Origin: Hypanus sabinus
Taxonomy: Eukaryota
DNA: 64,000 bases
NCBI RefSeq assembly: GCF_030144855.1
Contig: NC_082731.1
Location: 25,854,001-25,918,000 of the forward strand
Direction: 5' to 3'
The position numbers and the translations under genes were made by a program. Shown in pieces: positions 37,310 to 50,169 of the stretch (position 1 is its first letter; each line of letters opens with the position of its first letter). The notes below the pieces were generated by a model. The model saw only the letters and a program-made list of their open reading frames with translations, did no database searches and had not been told where the DNA came from.

Positions 37310-37964
37310 AAGAACTTGCTGCTGGTTAATTACTGAATCCGTCTTATCCATATAATCTTGAAAAGCCTTTATATCTTGTTTAAAAATTTGTTGTAGTTCA
37401 TCATTTTTTTATCCAATACCTCCAAAAGCAGTTTATAAGTTAATTCAGTGGGTTGCGGATGAGCTTGCTTCTTTCCATCACCGTTCGGGTTGCGCCCGGG
37501 TTGTCGTCCTTTACATCTAAGAGCCATTTCTAATTGCATATCTTCAAAAATTCACAATAAATTCTTAACGATAAGTCCAAAAAAATAGCAAGAATCTTTT
37601 GGTGTAGGTAAAGATAAGTTGGATAAGGGTGATCAATGGTTAAAAAAAGTAAAGGTTATGGAGCGAATCTAAAACAGTACTCACTCCATGAGCGTCTCCC
37701 GCTGACTTCAGAACATTTCTTACCAGTATATATTACACATAATTGCACCCTGGTATTTGTGTTTAATATTAATTATCCTTGTATGGGTTCAGACAGAGTA
37801 TTGTGTAATCATTGTTTTTGCTCCTTAATGCATACTCCTAAACGGGGCAGTGCCTCTCCGACCGCGTCCCTCAGGAAGTCATCTGTCCATTGACTTGTGC
37901 GTCTTAGCCCATGACTCTCAGCGTGATATCTATTCACGTATCGGTGTCTTTCTGTTCTGGTCGC

Positions 37965-38105
37965 CGAGGATATGTGTCCACTGATTGGTTCATGTTAGTC
38001 CTTATCTCAGGGAGATATTTGTCCACTGATTTATGCCGGTCTGCCCCTGTTTCCCAGGGTGATATTTGTCCACTGACTGGTATCTCTCAGTCCGTGTCTC
38101 TCAGG
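37965..38105 (+). repeat. Imperfect ~42-bp tandem repeat upstream of V3
   Basis: Repeated GG(A/T)GATAT(T/G)TGTCCACTGA; related copies at about 3585, 10385-10440 and 54465. Confidence 0.6.
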
Positions 38106-38259
38106 TACTGATGTCTGCTATTCGCTCCTCCCGTGGTTCTCTGTGCTTCCGTTTACACATACTACTGAAAGGTGAAATTGATTAATTGACCACAGTATGG
38201 CAGTGCTTCATTACGGATCTGGTCTCTACCGCTGCCCTGTCTCCTGTGCAGCGATAAAA

Positions 38260-38470
38260 ACATATTGATGAATTGAAATCTCTGCTGGGGGTGGGAACAG
38301 GATGCCAAGCCTCTGGTTCAGTGAGTGAGAGTCTGTACATCCCGCGGCCCTCTCTCTCACTCACAGCCCACGTCCATATTTAAACAGCGCTGTGAGGCTC
38401 CGGACAAAGCTGGCCTGAGCTGAAGCTGCCGATCTTAGCAGTGTCCTCGTCCAGCTCAGAGCTCACAGCG
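38260..38470 (+). promoter_or_regulatory. V3 promoter region
   Basis: TATTTAAA at 38377-38384, about 90 bp before the ATG; block CTGCTGGGG..GGG.ACAGGA shared by all four V; no ATGCAAAT octamer. Confidence 0.5.
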
Positions 38471-38925
38471 ATGGGGGTCTTTCCTTATCTCCGTTTCCTC
38501 CTGTCTTGTCTTGCAGGTAGTTGTCCCGCGGGTTGTCCCAGCCTGGACTTGCAGTTACTCCGAGACTTTGTAAACCTATGTCCGTACAACATTTTATTAA
38601 TTTCTGCTCGTTTTTTTCTGATAGACGTTTGGTCCCACATCGTGCTGACACAGCCCAATACAGCGGTGGTAAAGCCCGGACAGTCCCACAGGCTGTCCTG
38701 TGCAGTCAGTGGATTCAATATCAACAGCTACTACATGGGCTGGGTGAAACAGGTTGCCGGGAAGGGGCTGGAGTACTTGGTAGGGTATAGAACGGAGGAT
38801 TACAACAAGTATTACGCGCCCGGAGTCCAGAGCCGGTTCACCGCTTCCAAGGACAGCAGCAACTTTTATCTGAAAATGAACGACTTGAAGCTGGACGACG
38901 CGGCCACATATTACTGTGCGAGAGA
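38471..38925 (+). CDS. IGHV: V3: Ig heavy-chain-type V segment, the most divergent copy. Leader 38471-38516, intron 38517-38624, V exon 38625-38925; open frame
   Basis: MGVFPYLRFLLSCLA / DVWSHIVLTQPNTAVVKPGQSHRLSCAVSGFNINSYYMGWVKQVAGKGLEYLV...DAATYYCARD; one codon longer in CDR2. Confidence 0.95.
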
Positions 38926-38964
38926 CACGGTGAGAGAGACCAGATCTGAACCACGTCAAAAACC
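38926..38964 (+). promoter_or_regulatory. 23-bp RSS of V3
   Basis: CACGGTG + 23 nt + TCAAAAACC, one mismatch in each element. Confidence 0.93.
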
Positions 38965-39319
38965 TAGCGAGAACGCCGACACTTAGCGCGCTGAAGGAAA
39001 GTGCAGACAGTGATAGCTACAGCTGTACTCCAGACTCTCTGCACACATTCGTCCGTCCATGCAGCGGAGGGCGGATTGTCAGCGGAGATTCCTGAGAGAG
39101 ATGCTGGATGGGTTCAGCGATAATTCAGTAAGCAGCTCGGAACCAAACGCCGTGAGTAGGAGTGGGGTCTCCGAATGACCTGGTCGGCTGTCAGTCCTTC
39201 AAATGCACATCACAGTAACTAGTCGGGCTACGAGGAACATCAATGATCAGACGCACATTGCTGATCTAGTGCCGTCTCACTGAGGAGAGACTGAGCTTGA
39301 AAAATGTGAGAGGGGTGGA

Positions 39320-39403
39320 GGTTACCCTATGGCGGTGTATCACTGTGACCGCAATACTGGGTGGCATAGTGTGAGAAATGCCGAGTGCCTTCTTATACAA
39401 ATC
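39320..39403 (+). pseudogene. IGHD: IgH-cluster D1 segment (coding 39348-39364, ACCGCAATACTGGGTGG) with 12/23 RSSs; 3' heptamer damaged
   Basis: GGTTACCCT-12-CACTGTG on the left, CATAGTG-23-ATACAAATC on the right; about 380 bp after the V3 RSS, as expected in a shark minicluster. Confidence 0.7.
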
Positions 39404-39686
39404 CGCCGCAACAAAATCTTTAAGTTGGGCTCTTCGGGCGCATCCACCGGACTTTACTACACGACCTGGGAATATAAATCAGATTCCGAGTGGACAGGTC
39501 CCACTGGAGGTGTGACTGAAAGGGAACGAAACCACCGAGGAGGAGCTGTCCGTGGAAGAACAGTGAAAATTCGCGGTGGATTAAATTATATCCAGTTCAG
39601 GACTGTGTTGGCCGAGATTGAAACCCGCTGTGTGAGACTAACCCGCTCTGCGACCCATTGGATTTCGGGTTGAAAGAGATGAAGGC

Positions 39687-39750
39687 TGTTAGTGACCTGC
39701 GGTAAAGTTCCCGGATATGGACCACGGCGGTGGGGATCTGACCAGAAAAT
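39687..39750 (+). pseudogene. IgH-cluster D2 relic (core ATATGGAC, 39715-39722)
   Basis: Right side CACGGCG-12-CCAGAAAAT; left heptamer destroyed (TTCCCGG); homologous to 13731-13815 and 55929-56000. Confidence 0.45.
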
Positions 39751-40064
39751 GGTCCCGGAAATGAGCGTCTGCGGCGCAAACTGACTCCATGACTTCACAT
39801 TGCTGCTTCCCAGAGTCAATTCGCTGAAACCTGACACGGATTACTAAGGCGAAAGTCTATTTTTGAGCAAGAAAAACTCGAAAAGATTCTATTATGTTTC
39901 TGGGACAATACGGGGGCATGTATCCAGCCCTGAACACAGAAGCTCTGAAAATGCCTGGAAGAGTCAGGCTCGTTGTTTGGAATGGAAATCGATGAAGTGG
40001 CTGCCCCTGGAGCGGATAGAGTTCATGTCGACCGATGCTGAGATAATTAGATGTTACAAGCAAG

Positions 40065-40727
40065 TGTAACGCCCTGGTTAAGCTTTTTACTGCTAAGCTG
40101 CAGGTATTTGAGTTTAGCAGTTCTGTAAGAGGATTCTGTTTTGATTAACATGTTTCGGTTTCAGCTAAAAATTAGGAGCTTTGTTGTTCAACGTAGGAAT
40201 GGTGTCAGCCAATCGGGATGGAGAAATTGAGAGAAAGTTTTTGAGAACGCTGGGCAGAGAGGTTTTGTGATGGACCCTGATGTCTGTCGTGGTCATTTTA
40301 GCGGAAGCTGGGAGAAGACAGGAGTGAAGATGGCTGCTGATGCCGTCACTGTTGTGCATAAGAATGGCTTCAAGGATCACGGCCCTAAACTCCCTGGGAG
40401 AATCCATGTTTTCGAGGAGGATTTGGGGCGACATTACGATGGTGGTGAAGCCCTAACGCAAGCTTCAGCTCTAACGCGTCAGTTAAAGAGAACTTCAAGA
40501 TGAGCTCCAACTCATGTCCATATATGGACTGGGTTAACTTTAATGTTTTTTTAATATGTTTTTTTCTTTTGTTATTCCTACTAACTCTTTGATTAAGCTG
40601 ACAATTGTTAATATACTTATAAATAATGGTATAGAGCCCACAGTCTGTGATCGGTACTTAACTCGCCACTGAGTGTGGTTACTGGTAGCGTGAAAATAAC
40701 GAGACTCCGGATAAAAAGGGGTGTCAC
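40065..40727. mobile_element. Probable solo LTR inserted just upstream of the JH heptamer
   Basis: Starts TGTAAC, ends GGGGTGTCAC, flanks CAAG/CAAT; absent from the other units. Confidence 0.55.
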
Positions 40728-40758
40728 CAATGAAGCTATTTGATTCGGTGAATGGTGA

Positions 40759-40816
40759 CACTGTGCACTCTGACTATCTTCACTGGGTGGATGGGCCGAG
40801 TTGACAGTGACTTCAG
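40759..40816 (+). pseudogene. IGHJ: IgH J pseudogene of the V3 cluster
   Basis: CACTGTG heptamer, then ...GACTAT...TGG...GGG...TTGACAGTGACTTCAG (LTVTS end typical of shark JH); 1-nt frameshift, WGxG lost, donor GA instead of GT, no nonamer at 22-23 nt. Confidence 0.65.
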
Positions 40817-42959
40817 GATAGAACAACTTCTGAATTTCATCCTCACTCATTTCCATTTTATGAATTTACGGCTTTGGCTAATTCAGTGATTCACCTGACA
40901 TCGGTAAGATATTTAGAGCTAGTGCATGAATCTTCCCGAATAGGCGGGCTTCTCTAAGAGCCAGAATATACCCATTAACAGTATAAAGCGTATATACTCC
41001 GTGCCATTACTGAACCGTCCGCAGCCCTGGAACAGACCACAGTGAAATGGGGTCGGAACGTTTCATCAGTATATGCCTTGACACCAGCCGATTGTGCTGA
41101 CTGATCTATCTGCTGGTTCACGTCTGAGTTCTGATACAGAGCAGTAACTAAAACCACGATCAGGGACTGGACGTTCCAGAGCAGATGAACTAGTTTCTGG
41201 ATTTGTTCAGTGTCAGGTTGCTGGTATCTGGGTTTACTGTCTGCTGACATCACATTGAAGGTAATGGGATTAAACATAATCTGAAGGAATAATTGATGGT
41301 TCAAAATCGCAGGCTACATGTGGGGTTCTTTCCCATAATGTAATGTTCAGCATGAGGTGTGTCACGCTATACAGTAAAAGAATAGGCGATATCCTAGGAG
41401 TACTTGATAGAATTAAGGTTTTAGTTTTATTCCCCGATGGGTGAGGAGGTGGCTACGGCAAGGAAGGTTTTTCGAGATGCAAAGGCCGTAGGAAACTCTT
41501 GCAGGAAAGATAATGCGGCAATTAAGGCACCATTCCTTCTTATTTTCCAGGCAGCCTTGCACTGATGCGAGAAGGGTGACAGAGACATTAAAGTCAATAA
41601 TGTGTAATGTCGAGCATTTGTGGGATCTTTTGCTGATGAACATTTATGATCCAGAACACGCTGCTTGAATGATTGTGTGCTCCACTAGAGAACGTTGCGG
41701 AGCAACAGGAGGAAATCCGCTTTTTGAAACAATACAGGGAAAAGCGGATATATCAATCGATTTATTATGCATTTTCAGCTAAAGAACAGACGATTTCCGA
41801 TGAATTTCCTCACTCTCTACTCAGTTTCATTCAATGGAACTGTTCTTTATCATGGAAATCTGGGAAATTCTTCTTCAAACGATTCTCTGAAGCACATGCG
41901 GGTTACAAATTTAATATACTGTCCTGTCAGTCACGGAATAGTTAGAAAGATTCTTCTTCACTTTCGCCTTCCAGACAGGGCAGGGGCAATAGGGCTTAGA
42001 CATAGATTAAAGCTGCACTTAACCTGTCCCATCACACACACACACACACGCGGGATATGAGTTGAAATTTCCAGTTCAAATGAACTATTTATTTTCCGTT
42101 CACTGACAGAGTAATCACTGTAACTTCATGCCCTCCTCTGTCCCCGACTGTGTTTATTTACAAGTGTTGCTGGTGATTCAGTAATAACGGTTGTGAGATA
42201 GCGTCCTGGCATTTACAGAGCATCTTGTGGGTGTCCAGTTGAGTTCACGGGCAATGAAGTAGTTACAATGGACAGCTCTGTTGCAGAATCAGGTATTTGG
42301 AGCCACTCTACACATAACAGAATTCACAGACTTGAAGGAGAGGATGTTGTGGTAATGTTACTGAAGGAGAAATATGGCCCAGATCATCGTGGACGCAATG
42401 ATGCAATGGACAGGCACAAGTTTGCTTTCGAAACAAGGCGGTGCATCAAATCACATGAGTAGTCCAGGGGGATGGAGGAACAGTCCATGGATACCAGCAA
42501 AGCAAAACAGTTAAATTTAAACTCAATCAATATTCATCTGCAACAGATTTGGATCAGCAGTCAGATTTCCAACATCGTAATAATTTGTGGGACAACGCTA
42601 CACACATTAGAATCCACAAACTTCAAGCTGAAAGCTATCTGATAGTCCGTTCTGGTGATGCTACTGAATGACAGATATTGGCCAAGACACCGCGGGCACA
42701 GTTATCCAATGGACAGACACAAGGATGGATTCAGATAGAGGGGGAACAGGGCAGTACTTGAAAACAGATGAGTACTGCAGAGAGCAAGACTCTAGATTTT
42801 GACCCGTTCGGCATGGCTGACCCTTCCAAGTGCCAAAGCATAAGGCCCACCGGTCAGTAAGCCACGAAACGTCTCCAAACCTTATGGCTAGGTTTTAGTC
42901 CTCTGAACGGAGTGTGCCAAAGACGCGTACAATACACATACCGTTATCATACATTTAAT

Positions 42960-45640
42960 TGTGTATAAATGTTAGCAAGTAACGATGCTGAAGATTTATT
43001 GGAAAAGAACACAGGCAGTGATGAAAGTAGATCAGCAGTGGTTGGAATTTCTAAAAGCAGTTCGGAAGGCACTGGATATGTACTTCCAAATGAAGAAGAT
43101 GTGTTCTCAAGCAAAAATAACACAAATGTAGCTATCAAGAAAATTCAAATCCAACAAAGCCAAAAAGGGGGAATGTAATACGGCAAAAATTAGTGGGAAG
43201 ATAGAGGATTGGTAAGCTTTCAATTACCAACGGAAGATAACTAAAACTCACTAGAAGGTAAAAATAGAATACGAAAATAAGCTAGCCAATAACATGAAAG
43301 AGCATACTATAGGTTTCTTCAGATACGTAATGTGTAATAGAGAGTCAAGAGTAGACACCGGACCGCTGGAAAACAATGAGGGAGAGGTGGTAATGCGGGA
43401 CAATGAAATGGTCGAAGGGGTGAATAAACATTTTGCATTAGTCTTCGCTGTGCAAGGTACTAGCAGCAGGGTGAAAGTTCGAGGTATCAGGGAGTATGGC
43501 GGATGTCAAGTTATTTAAAGTCATTAAAGTTCTAGGTATAAGGGGGCATGATGTGTGTGAACTAGAGAGAATATTCTTGGGAAATTGTGAAGGTCTGTAT
43601 TTCGATAGATCACTTGCACCAGATGGCGTACACAGCAGAGTTCGGAAAGAGGTAACTAAAGAGATTGTGAAGGCTTAGAAATGATCTTTTAAAATTATTA
43701 CTTCCAGGATGGTTCTGGAAAACTGAAAAATTGCAAATATCAGTCATCTAACTAACGGAGGGGGATACACAATTCCCCACATGACATCTTTAAATATGCA
43801 ATACCCGTAGAGAGTATGACCATATATTTTGGATATATACCTCAAGAATTGTTGAAACGAGATAAATAATGAATATACTGTTGCTGGCTGGTAGAAAGAC
43901 TCTTACTAGGAAATGGGTATCACAGGAGAGCACAACTTTAAATACTTGGATGGAAATTACAATAGACATTTACAAAATGGAGAAGATAACAGCATCTGTT
44001 AAACATAAGCTGGAACAATTTGATTCATACTGGGGAAAATGGTTTAACTACATAATGCCTCATAGGCCTGATTTTATTCTCAAAAATCAATGAATCTGTT
44101 GTAAAAAAAAGATCACTCCCTACTTGTACATAGTTCTTTCCTTTTGCTTGTTTTTATTCTTGTGTTTACCTCAGATAAATATTTTGTGGAGATTTGAGAT
44201 ATATATGATAATATGATATATACGTACAATGTCTGAAATACATCTTATGGAAATGTTTGTTTGATGATGAACTTCAAAAAATAAACTACAAAAAATAGAA
44301 GGGAGTGAGGGAGAAGAAAGAAAACTATAGGAAAGTTAGTCTGACATCAGCGGTTTATTAAGGATGAGGTCTCAGGGTACCTGGAAACACATGATAAAAT
44401 AAGACTTTGCCAGCATGATTTCCTCAAGGGAAATATGACAAATCTGGTGGAATTATTTGAAAAATTATCAAGCAGGATAAACGCTGGGGAATCAGTTGAT
44501 GTTGTGAACTTGGATTAACATAAGGAATTTGTCAACAGGGCACACCGGAGGCCGTTTAACAAGCTATGGGTTCATGGTATTACATGTAAAATTCTAACAT
44601 AGATAAAGCAGTGGCTTATTGGCAGCTTATTGGCACTGAGAAAAAAGTGAGTCCTTCCGGGCTGACTGCCGGTGACTAGTGGCGTTACACAGAAACTGTG
44701 TCGGAACCGATTCCACTTACGTTATTTCTCAGTGATTTGATGACAGAATTGATGACGCTGTTGACATGTGCAGACGATATGAAGATAGATGAAGTAGGAG
44801 CGGGTAGATTGAGGAGGCAAAGGGGCTACAGACGGACTTAAGCAGATGAGGAGAATGTGCAAAGAAATGTCAGATGGAATACCGTGTTGGGAAGTGTATA
44901 GGCGTTGGTAGAAGAAACGAAAACAAAAGATTTTCTAACTAGAGAGAAAATACCAAGAAGCGTGGTGCAAAGGGACTTGGGATTCCCCGCGCGGGATTGC
45001 TTAAAATTGAATTTGCAGATTGTGTCTAAACTGAGGAAGAAAATGTAATTTTGAAATTCATTACTCCTTAAACTTTATAAATTACTGGTGAGACCTTATT
45101 TCGAGCATTGTGAGAAGGTTTCGGCCCGATATCGTAGAAATAATGCGCTGAAACTGTGGAGGAGTCAAGGGAGATTCATGGAAATGATTCCAGGACTGAA
45201 TGTCTTGCCCCGTGGAGAACGCTAGATGGCTCTAGGCCCTTATTCACGAGAATTCAAAAGAATGAAGGGGTTTTAATTGAAGCCTATCGAATGGTGAAAG
45301 CTGTTGATAGAGTGGATGTGAAGAGGATGTTTCTCTAGTGGGACACTTTAAGTCCTCAGAATAGAGCGGCGTACATTTTGAAACGAGAGGAGGAGGAATT
45401 TTAGTAGCCAGAAAGTGGTGTATCTGTGGAACAGTTTGCCACAAACAGTTGTGGAGGCCGAATATTTATGCATATTTAAGGCAGAGGTTGATAGATTCTT
45501 GATTGCTCAGTGCATGGTGTGAAATAGGGAGAAAGCAGTAAATTGGAACAGAGAGGAAAATCGGTTCAGATATGATGAAATGGCGGAACAGACTATTTGT
45601 GTCAAATGGCCTAATTCTTCTCCTTTATCTTATGGTCTTA
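42960..45640 (+). mobile_element. Decayed CR1 LINE with a nested L1 3' fragment
   Basis: RVDTGPLENNEGE, LAPDGVHSRV, CR1 tail; same junctions as 16470-18570. Confidence 0.85.
43760..44295 (+). mobile_element. L1-clade 3' end
   Basis: LLLAGRKTLTRKW...W....IYKMEKI....W.KW, then A-rich tail. Confidence 0.75.
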
Positions 45641-46499
45641 TATATAAATGGTTTGCTGTTTGGTATTTTGAGTATTGTGTGTCGTTATCGCTCGCGTTGT
45701 CACGTTTTAGGTAGGATGTAAGGTTTTGGATATGGTACAGAAAAGGTGATCTGCATGTTTTCTGTATTGGAATGTATGATCTATCAGGGGAGTTTTTACA
45801 AACTTTTTTTCTGTCTTGACAGTGGAGGCGGGTGGACCGCATGGTTAAAAGTATAAAATGTGAGATAAGGATTGGGAAGTTAATCAGCATTTTTTTGGCC
45901 AAGTTGGAAACATTGCACCCTCAGCCACATAGATTTATGATGACAGCAAGGTTACCAAAGGTCATAAATGAGACGTCAAAGCACAGAGAATGGTAAGTGA
46001 CTGAAAGTTTAAGAGAACTTGTGAAAGCGAATGCAATGACAACTTTCAAGGGACAATTTTATAGATCGTTCATCATGCAAGGAATGGTGGGTGAATGTAG
46101 GCTGATATGCTGCTTAAATATAGCATCATGATGCCACAGGTATCGGGGGGGGTGGGATTATTGGTCTTTGTTTGTACTGTTCTATGTAGATAACTGTTCT
46201 CCATGTCACTACGATTAAACTGATAAGCTGAGGAGGCGCTGTCAATAGAATTTAATGCTTGTGTTCTTATCACCCCCTGGAAACATAAATGGTTTGTGGA
46301 ATTTCAAAAATTATTCTTGAAATACTCAATACTCAAGAGGTCATACTGTATCCATGGCAAAAGTGGAACATGCGTTAACGTTTTATTACAAGCAGCCGCC
46401 TTCAGAAATTGGAAAGAGACAAAATAGGTTTTGTGGAAATTAAGATGGGAAAGTGGGTGGGGTGGGGTGGGGCAAAAGCCGTTGACCGTAGAAGATCCC

Positions 46500-48132
46500 T
46501 GCTGCACCTGATGACCCTGTGAGCTCTGTCTCAGAGGGCGATATTAGACTGTCTTTAAAGAGAGTGAACCCTCGCAAGACAGAAGTTCCCGATGGAGTCC
46601 CCGGTAAGGCTCTGAAAACGTGTGTCTACAAACTAGCGGGAGTATTCAAAGAGATTTCTCTCATTAATACAGGCAGAAGTTCCCACATGCTTCAAAGTGG
46701 CAACAATTATACCAGTGCCTGAGAAGAGTATAGTGGGCTGCATTAATGACTATCACCCGGTAGCACTCACATCGACAGTGATGAAACGCTTTGAGAGGTT
46801 GCTTATAACAAGATCGAACCCCTGAATCAGCAAGGACCTGGATGCATTGCAATTTGCCTATCTTCACAATAGATCAACGGCAGACGCGTTCTCAAAGGCT
46901 TTCGACCACCTACGTCAGGATGCTGTTCCCTACTGCAGCACAACATTTAATACCATCATTCTAACAATCCAGCTTGAGAGGTTGGAGAACCTGGGCCTCT
47001 GCACATCCCTCTGCAATTATATCCTCGACTTCCTAACCGGAAGACAACAGTCCGTGCAGATTGATGATAATATATCCTCCTTGCTGACGATCAATACTGG
47101 CGCACCTCCGAGGTGAATACACATGACTGGGTAGCTGGCCGTAACTCAAATGCCATCTACAAATTTGCTGACGATGCATCTATTGTTGGTAGAATCTCAG
47201 GTGGTGACCAGAGGACGTATACAAGTGAGTTATGCCAACTAGTGGAATGGTGTCGCAGCAACAACCTGGCAGTCAACATCAGTAGAGCGAAAGAGCTGAT
47301 TGTGGACTTCAGGAAGACGATGAACACCTACCAATCTTCACAGAGGGATCAGAAGTGGAAGAGTGAGCAGCTTCAAGTTCCTGGGCGTCAAAATCTCTTG
47401 GGATCTAACCTGGTCCCAAGGTGGGGGGTTATGTGGGAGGCAGGGTCTGAGGGTGGGCACAACATTCTGGGCCGAAGGGCTGGTAATATGCTGTACTATT
47501 CTATGTTCTATATTGGTGTAATCATAAGGAGGGCAAGACAGATTTGGCATCTCAACAGATGCACTCAAAAACTTTTATAGTTGTACGATGGAGAGCATTC
47601 TGACAGTCTGTATCACTGTCTGGTATAGGGGGGCTACTGAACAGGGCCTAAAGAAGCTGGAGAAGGTTGTAAATCTTGTCAGCTCTATCTTGAGCACTAG
47701 CCTACTATGTACCGAGGACGTCTTTAGGAAGCATTGTCTCAGAAAGACAGCGTCCATTATTATTGACGTCGAGCACCCAGGGCATGCGCTTTCCTCACTG
47801 TGAGCATCAGGAATAAGATACAGAAGCCAAAGGCACGCATTCAGCGATTCAGGAACAGTTTCTTCCCCTTTGTTGTCCGCTTCCTAAATGGACACTGAAG
47901 CTTTGGACACTACCTCACTTTTTTTAATATACAGTATTTCTGTTTTTGTACATTTTAAAAAATCTATTCAAAATGCATCATTGATTTATTTATTTATTGT
48001 TTTATTTTATTTATTATGATTATTATTCTCCCTCTCTGATAGATTATTTTTGCATTGAACTGCTGATGCTAAGTTAACAAACTTCACGTCATATGCCATG
48101 ATAATAAAATCTGATTCTAATTCTGATTCTGA
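46500..48132 (+). mobile_element. Rex1/Babar-like LINE with (ATTCTG)n tail
   Basis: RVNPRKTEVPDGVP, QFAYLHNRST, TGAP, YKFADD, ESILTVCITVWY. Confidence 0.85.
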
Positions 48133-48970
48133 AATAAGCTGTTAAAATGGTTGTCTTGTCAGAGTGATTAGGTACAGTTAGAGAGTAAAAAAAAACACAC
48201 GAACAAATGAGACTGTTTAAAGTAATCTACTAATAACCAAGTGCAGAGAGGAAGACATAACCGGTAAGTCAGGATACCTATGTACTCAACTTTCCAAGAA
48301 ATAGATTAAAGGAGGTGAATGCCACAGAACAATTTTTGAGAGAGAACATTGGACAGAATATATCGTGCAGTCACGTGAAGAAAACTTTGAATTCAGGACA
48401 GCACAGTGGTGTTATGCTTGATGAGGGTCATATAAATCTGGTAATCTGTTAATAAACAATGGATAAATGGCCTTGCGTTACTGGAGATTACTACAGTAAC
48501 TATTCTAATGCAGAGCAATATTCTGTATAGCACAGCATCCTCCTTTGGCTGAGTAATCTTGAAATCGGGCACTTCCTCTATCTAAGGGCTCTGATGTTCA
48601 AGATTGGAATTGGCAGAAATGTCGTTACTGGGAACGCTGTTAACTGCGCAAATTCTTCACTCCCATTCGACGGTAAGGGCTCAGTGGGCAATTAAATATC
48701 TAGGGCTGGAATAATCTCAAAATTCGAAGAGAATTTGGAAATGGGGATTGCATCGACCATGAACACTGGAGCATACATGAAGCACCTTGATGCTTACAAC
48801 CATTCGATGCCCTGGACCTTAAAGGCCTTGTCACTGGCACCGATTTCGGACATCTACTGTCACTGTTTCCGATGTGGTTTTGATTGTATTCAGTTATTCT
48901 CTTCGGAGCTCTTCGGGACGTTGTCACTGCCTTGAAAACGCGATGTATGTGGGCATATGATTGAGAGAAA

Positions 48971-49048
48971 GCGTTTTCTGTTGACTTATTTCACTGTGTC
49001 TAGTACACGCACAGTAATTGAAATGCAATGAGTTATCGTACATTGCCC
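48971..49048 (+). other. TCR-type D segment, paralogue of 19965 (coding 48999-49009, TCTAGTACACG)
   Basis: GCGTTTTCT-12-CACTGTG on the left, CACAGTA-23-ACATTGCCC on the right; flanks align with 19937-20016. Confidence 0.7.
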
Positions 49049-49370
49049 CAGTTGTAAAACATTGACATCCCCACTGCTTAGCTTTAAACGCCGCTTGGAT
49101 GCAAAAATCTTGAGGGTTTTGTTTTATCTATGCGCTCGTTCTGCACGCTTCTATGATGATATAATGTAAACTGTTTTGTGAATACAGAAAATTAATATGT
49201 TGGAGAGAAGCGGCTCCTATCTCTGGTCAACTGCCTTCACAGAATATAGGATTCGCTTCGGAAGGTCTTTTTTACTTTTGCGTAGTACAGCCTGTCGTCA
49301 CGTGCCCCTGCTTTATGAAGACAGCCAGTTAACTGGAAATATGGAGAGCACCCCGAAAGGATAACAGTGC

Positions 49371-49444
49371 CCCTGTGTGTAACACGATGGAAACTAAGCT
49401 CTCTTTTGGAAATGAGACTACGCTGATTGTTGAACCCAGTTAGT
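49371..49444 (+). pseudogene. TCR delta/alpha-like J (body 49378-49438); open frame and GT donor retained, RSS nonamer missing
   Basis: CCCTGTG heptamer; CNTMETKLSFGNETTLIVEP + A|GTTAGT; resembles the TRDJ pattern KL.FG.GT.L.VEP. Confidence 0.72.
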
Positions 49445-50169
49445 GCCCAAACGTTAACATGCTGCTCTTCTTTTCTTTTTTTCTGTTTGTAAATTTAACT
49501 CCGCAGAATAGCCGGTTCGATAATTCAGTAATATCCAATTCGTTTGGAAAAAGATAACTGCTTTGATGATCAGTCGACCACCGCATTTCAGTCTCTAGTT
49601 TTTCAAGTGATATGTTTAGGGATATAATGTAGAACGACTTCTACAATTCTGTGTGTATACAGCGGACTCGCCTAAATGCTGATGAGCAATGTTGACCTGA
49701 CCAGTAATCAGAACCATTCGATGTAATTTTGCAACACTTCAGCAATTTAACAAAACGTGTGTGAGACATTTTTGAGTCCCTACAGGTTTCGTTGATATTG
49801 GATTCCAGTCACATGAATTCTCAAGCCTTCATCGATAAGTTTGCTTTGGCTTTCTGTATTTTTGTCCATCTGCTGGACTTGAAAAAAGTAAGATATCGTT
49901 TATGAGTACACTTGCTGTGCATATTTTGTTCGTCTTTTGTCGTTTATAACTTTGAACTCAATGACATAAGACCAAGTCCAAACCAATGCAGAACATTTCT
50001 GATTAATTAGAATATCATTCTGAGGCATAACTGTCCATAATATTAGAGAGAATTTGGTACAACGATTCCTTGGAAGAGTTATCAAGTCGGCTCCCATGCT
50101 GCAAAATCCATAATGTTTTTTTCTCATCTCAGGCTGGTAAAACCTAAGGTTCAGGCAAAGCACATTACG

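Larger units (their letters stand above)
30380..37620 (-). mobile_element. Near-full-length, frameshifted L1-clade LINE interrupted by two nested insertions
   Basis: ORF1 (ENRSRRRNL...LDRAHR), endonuclease (FVSWNTNGL, FVQETH, DFNC, SDHAP), RT (GTRQGCPLSPLLF, YADD). Confidence 0.92.

Noticed and set aside
40975-41304. 109-aa minus-strand ORF and its paralogue at 14600-14850 as an Ig C exon
   Set aside because: The frame is not conserved between copies and there is no C..W..C pattern; treated as post-J intron sequence
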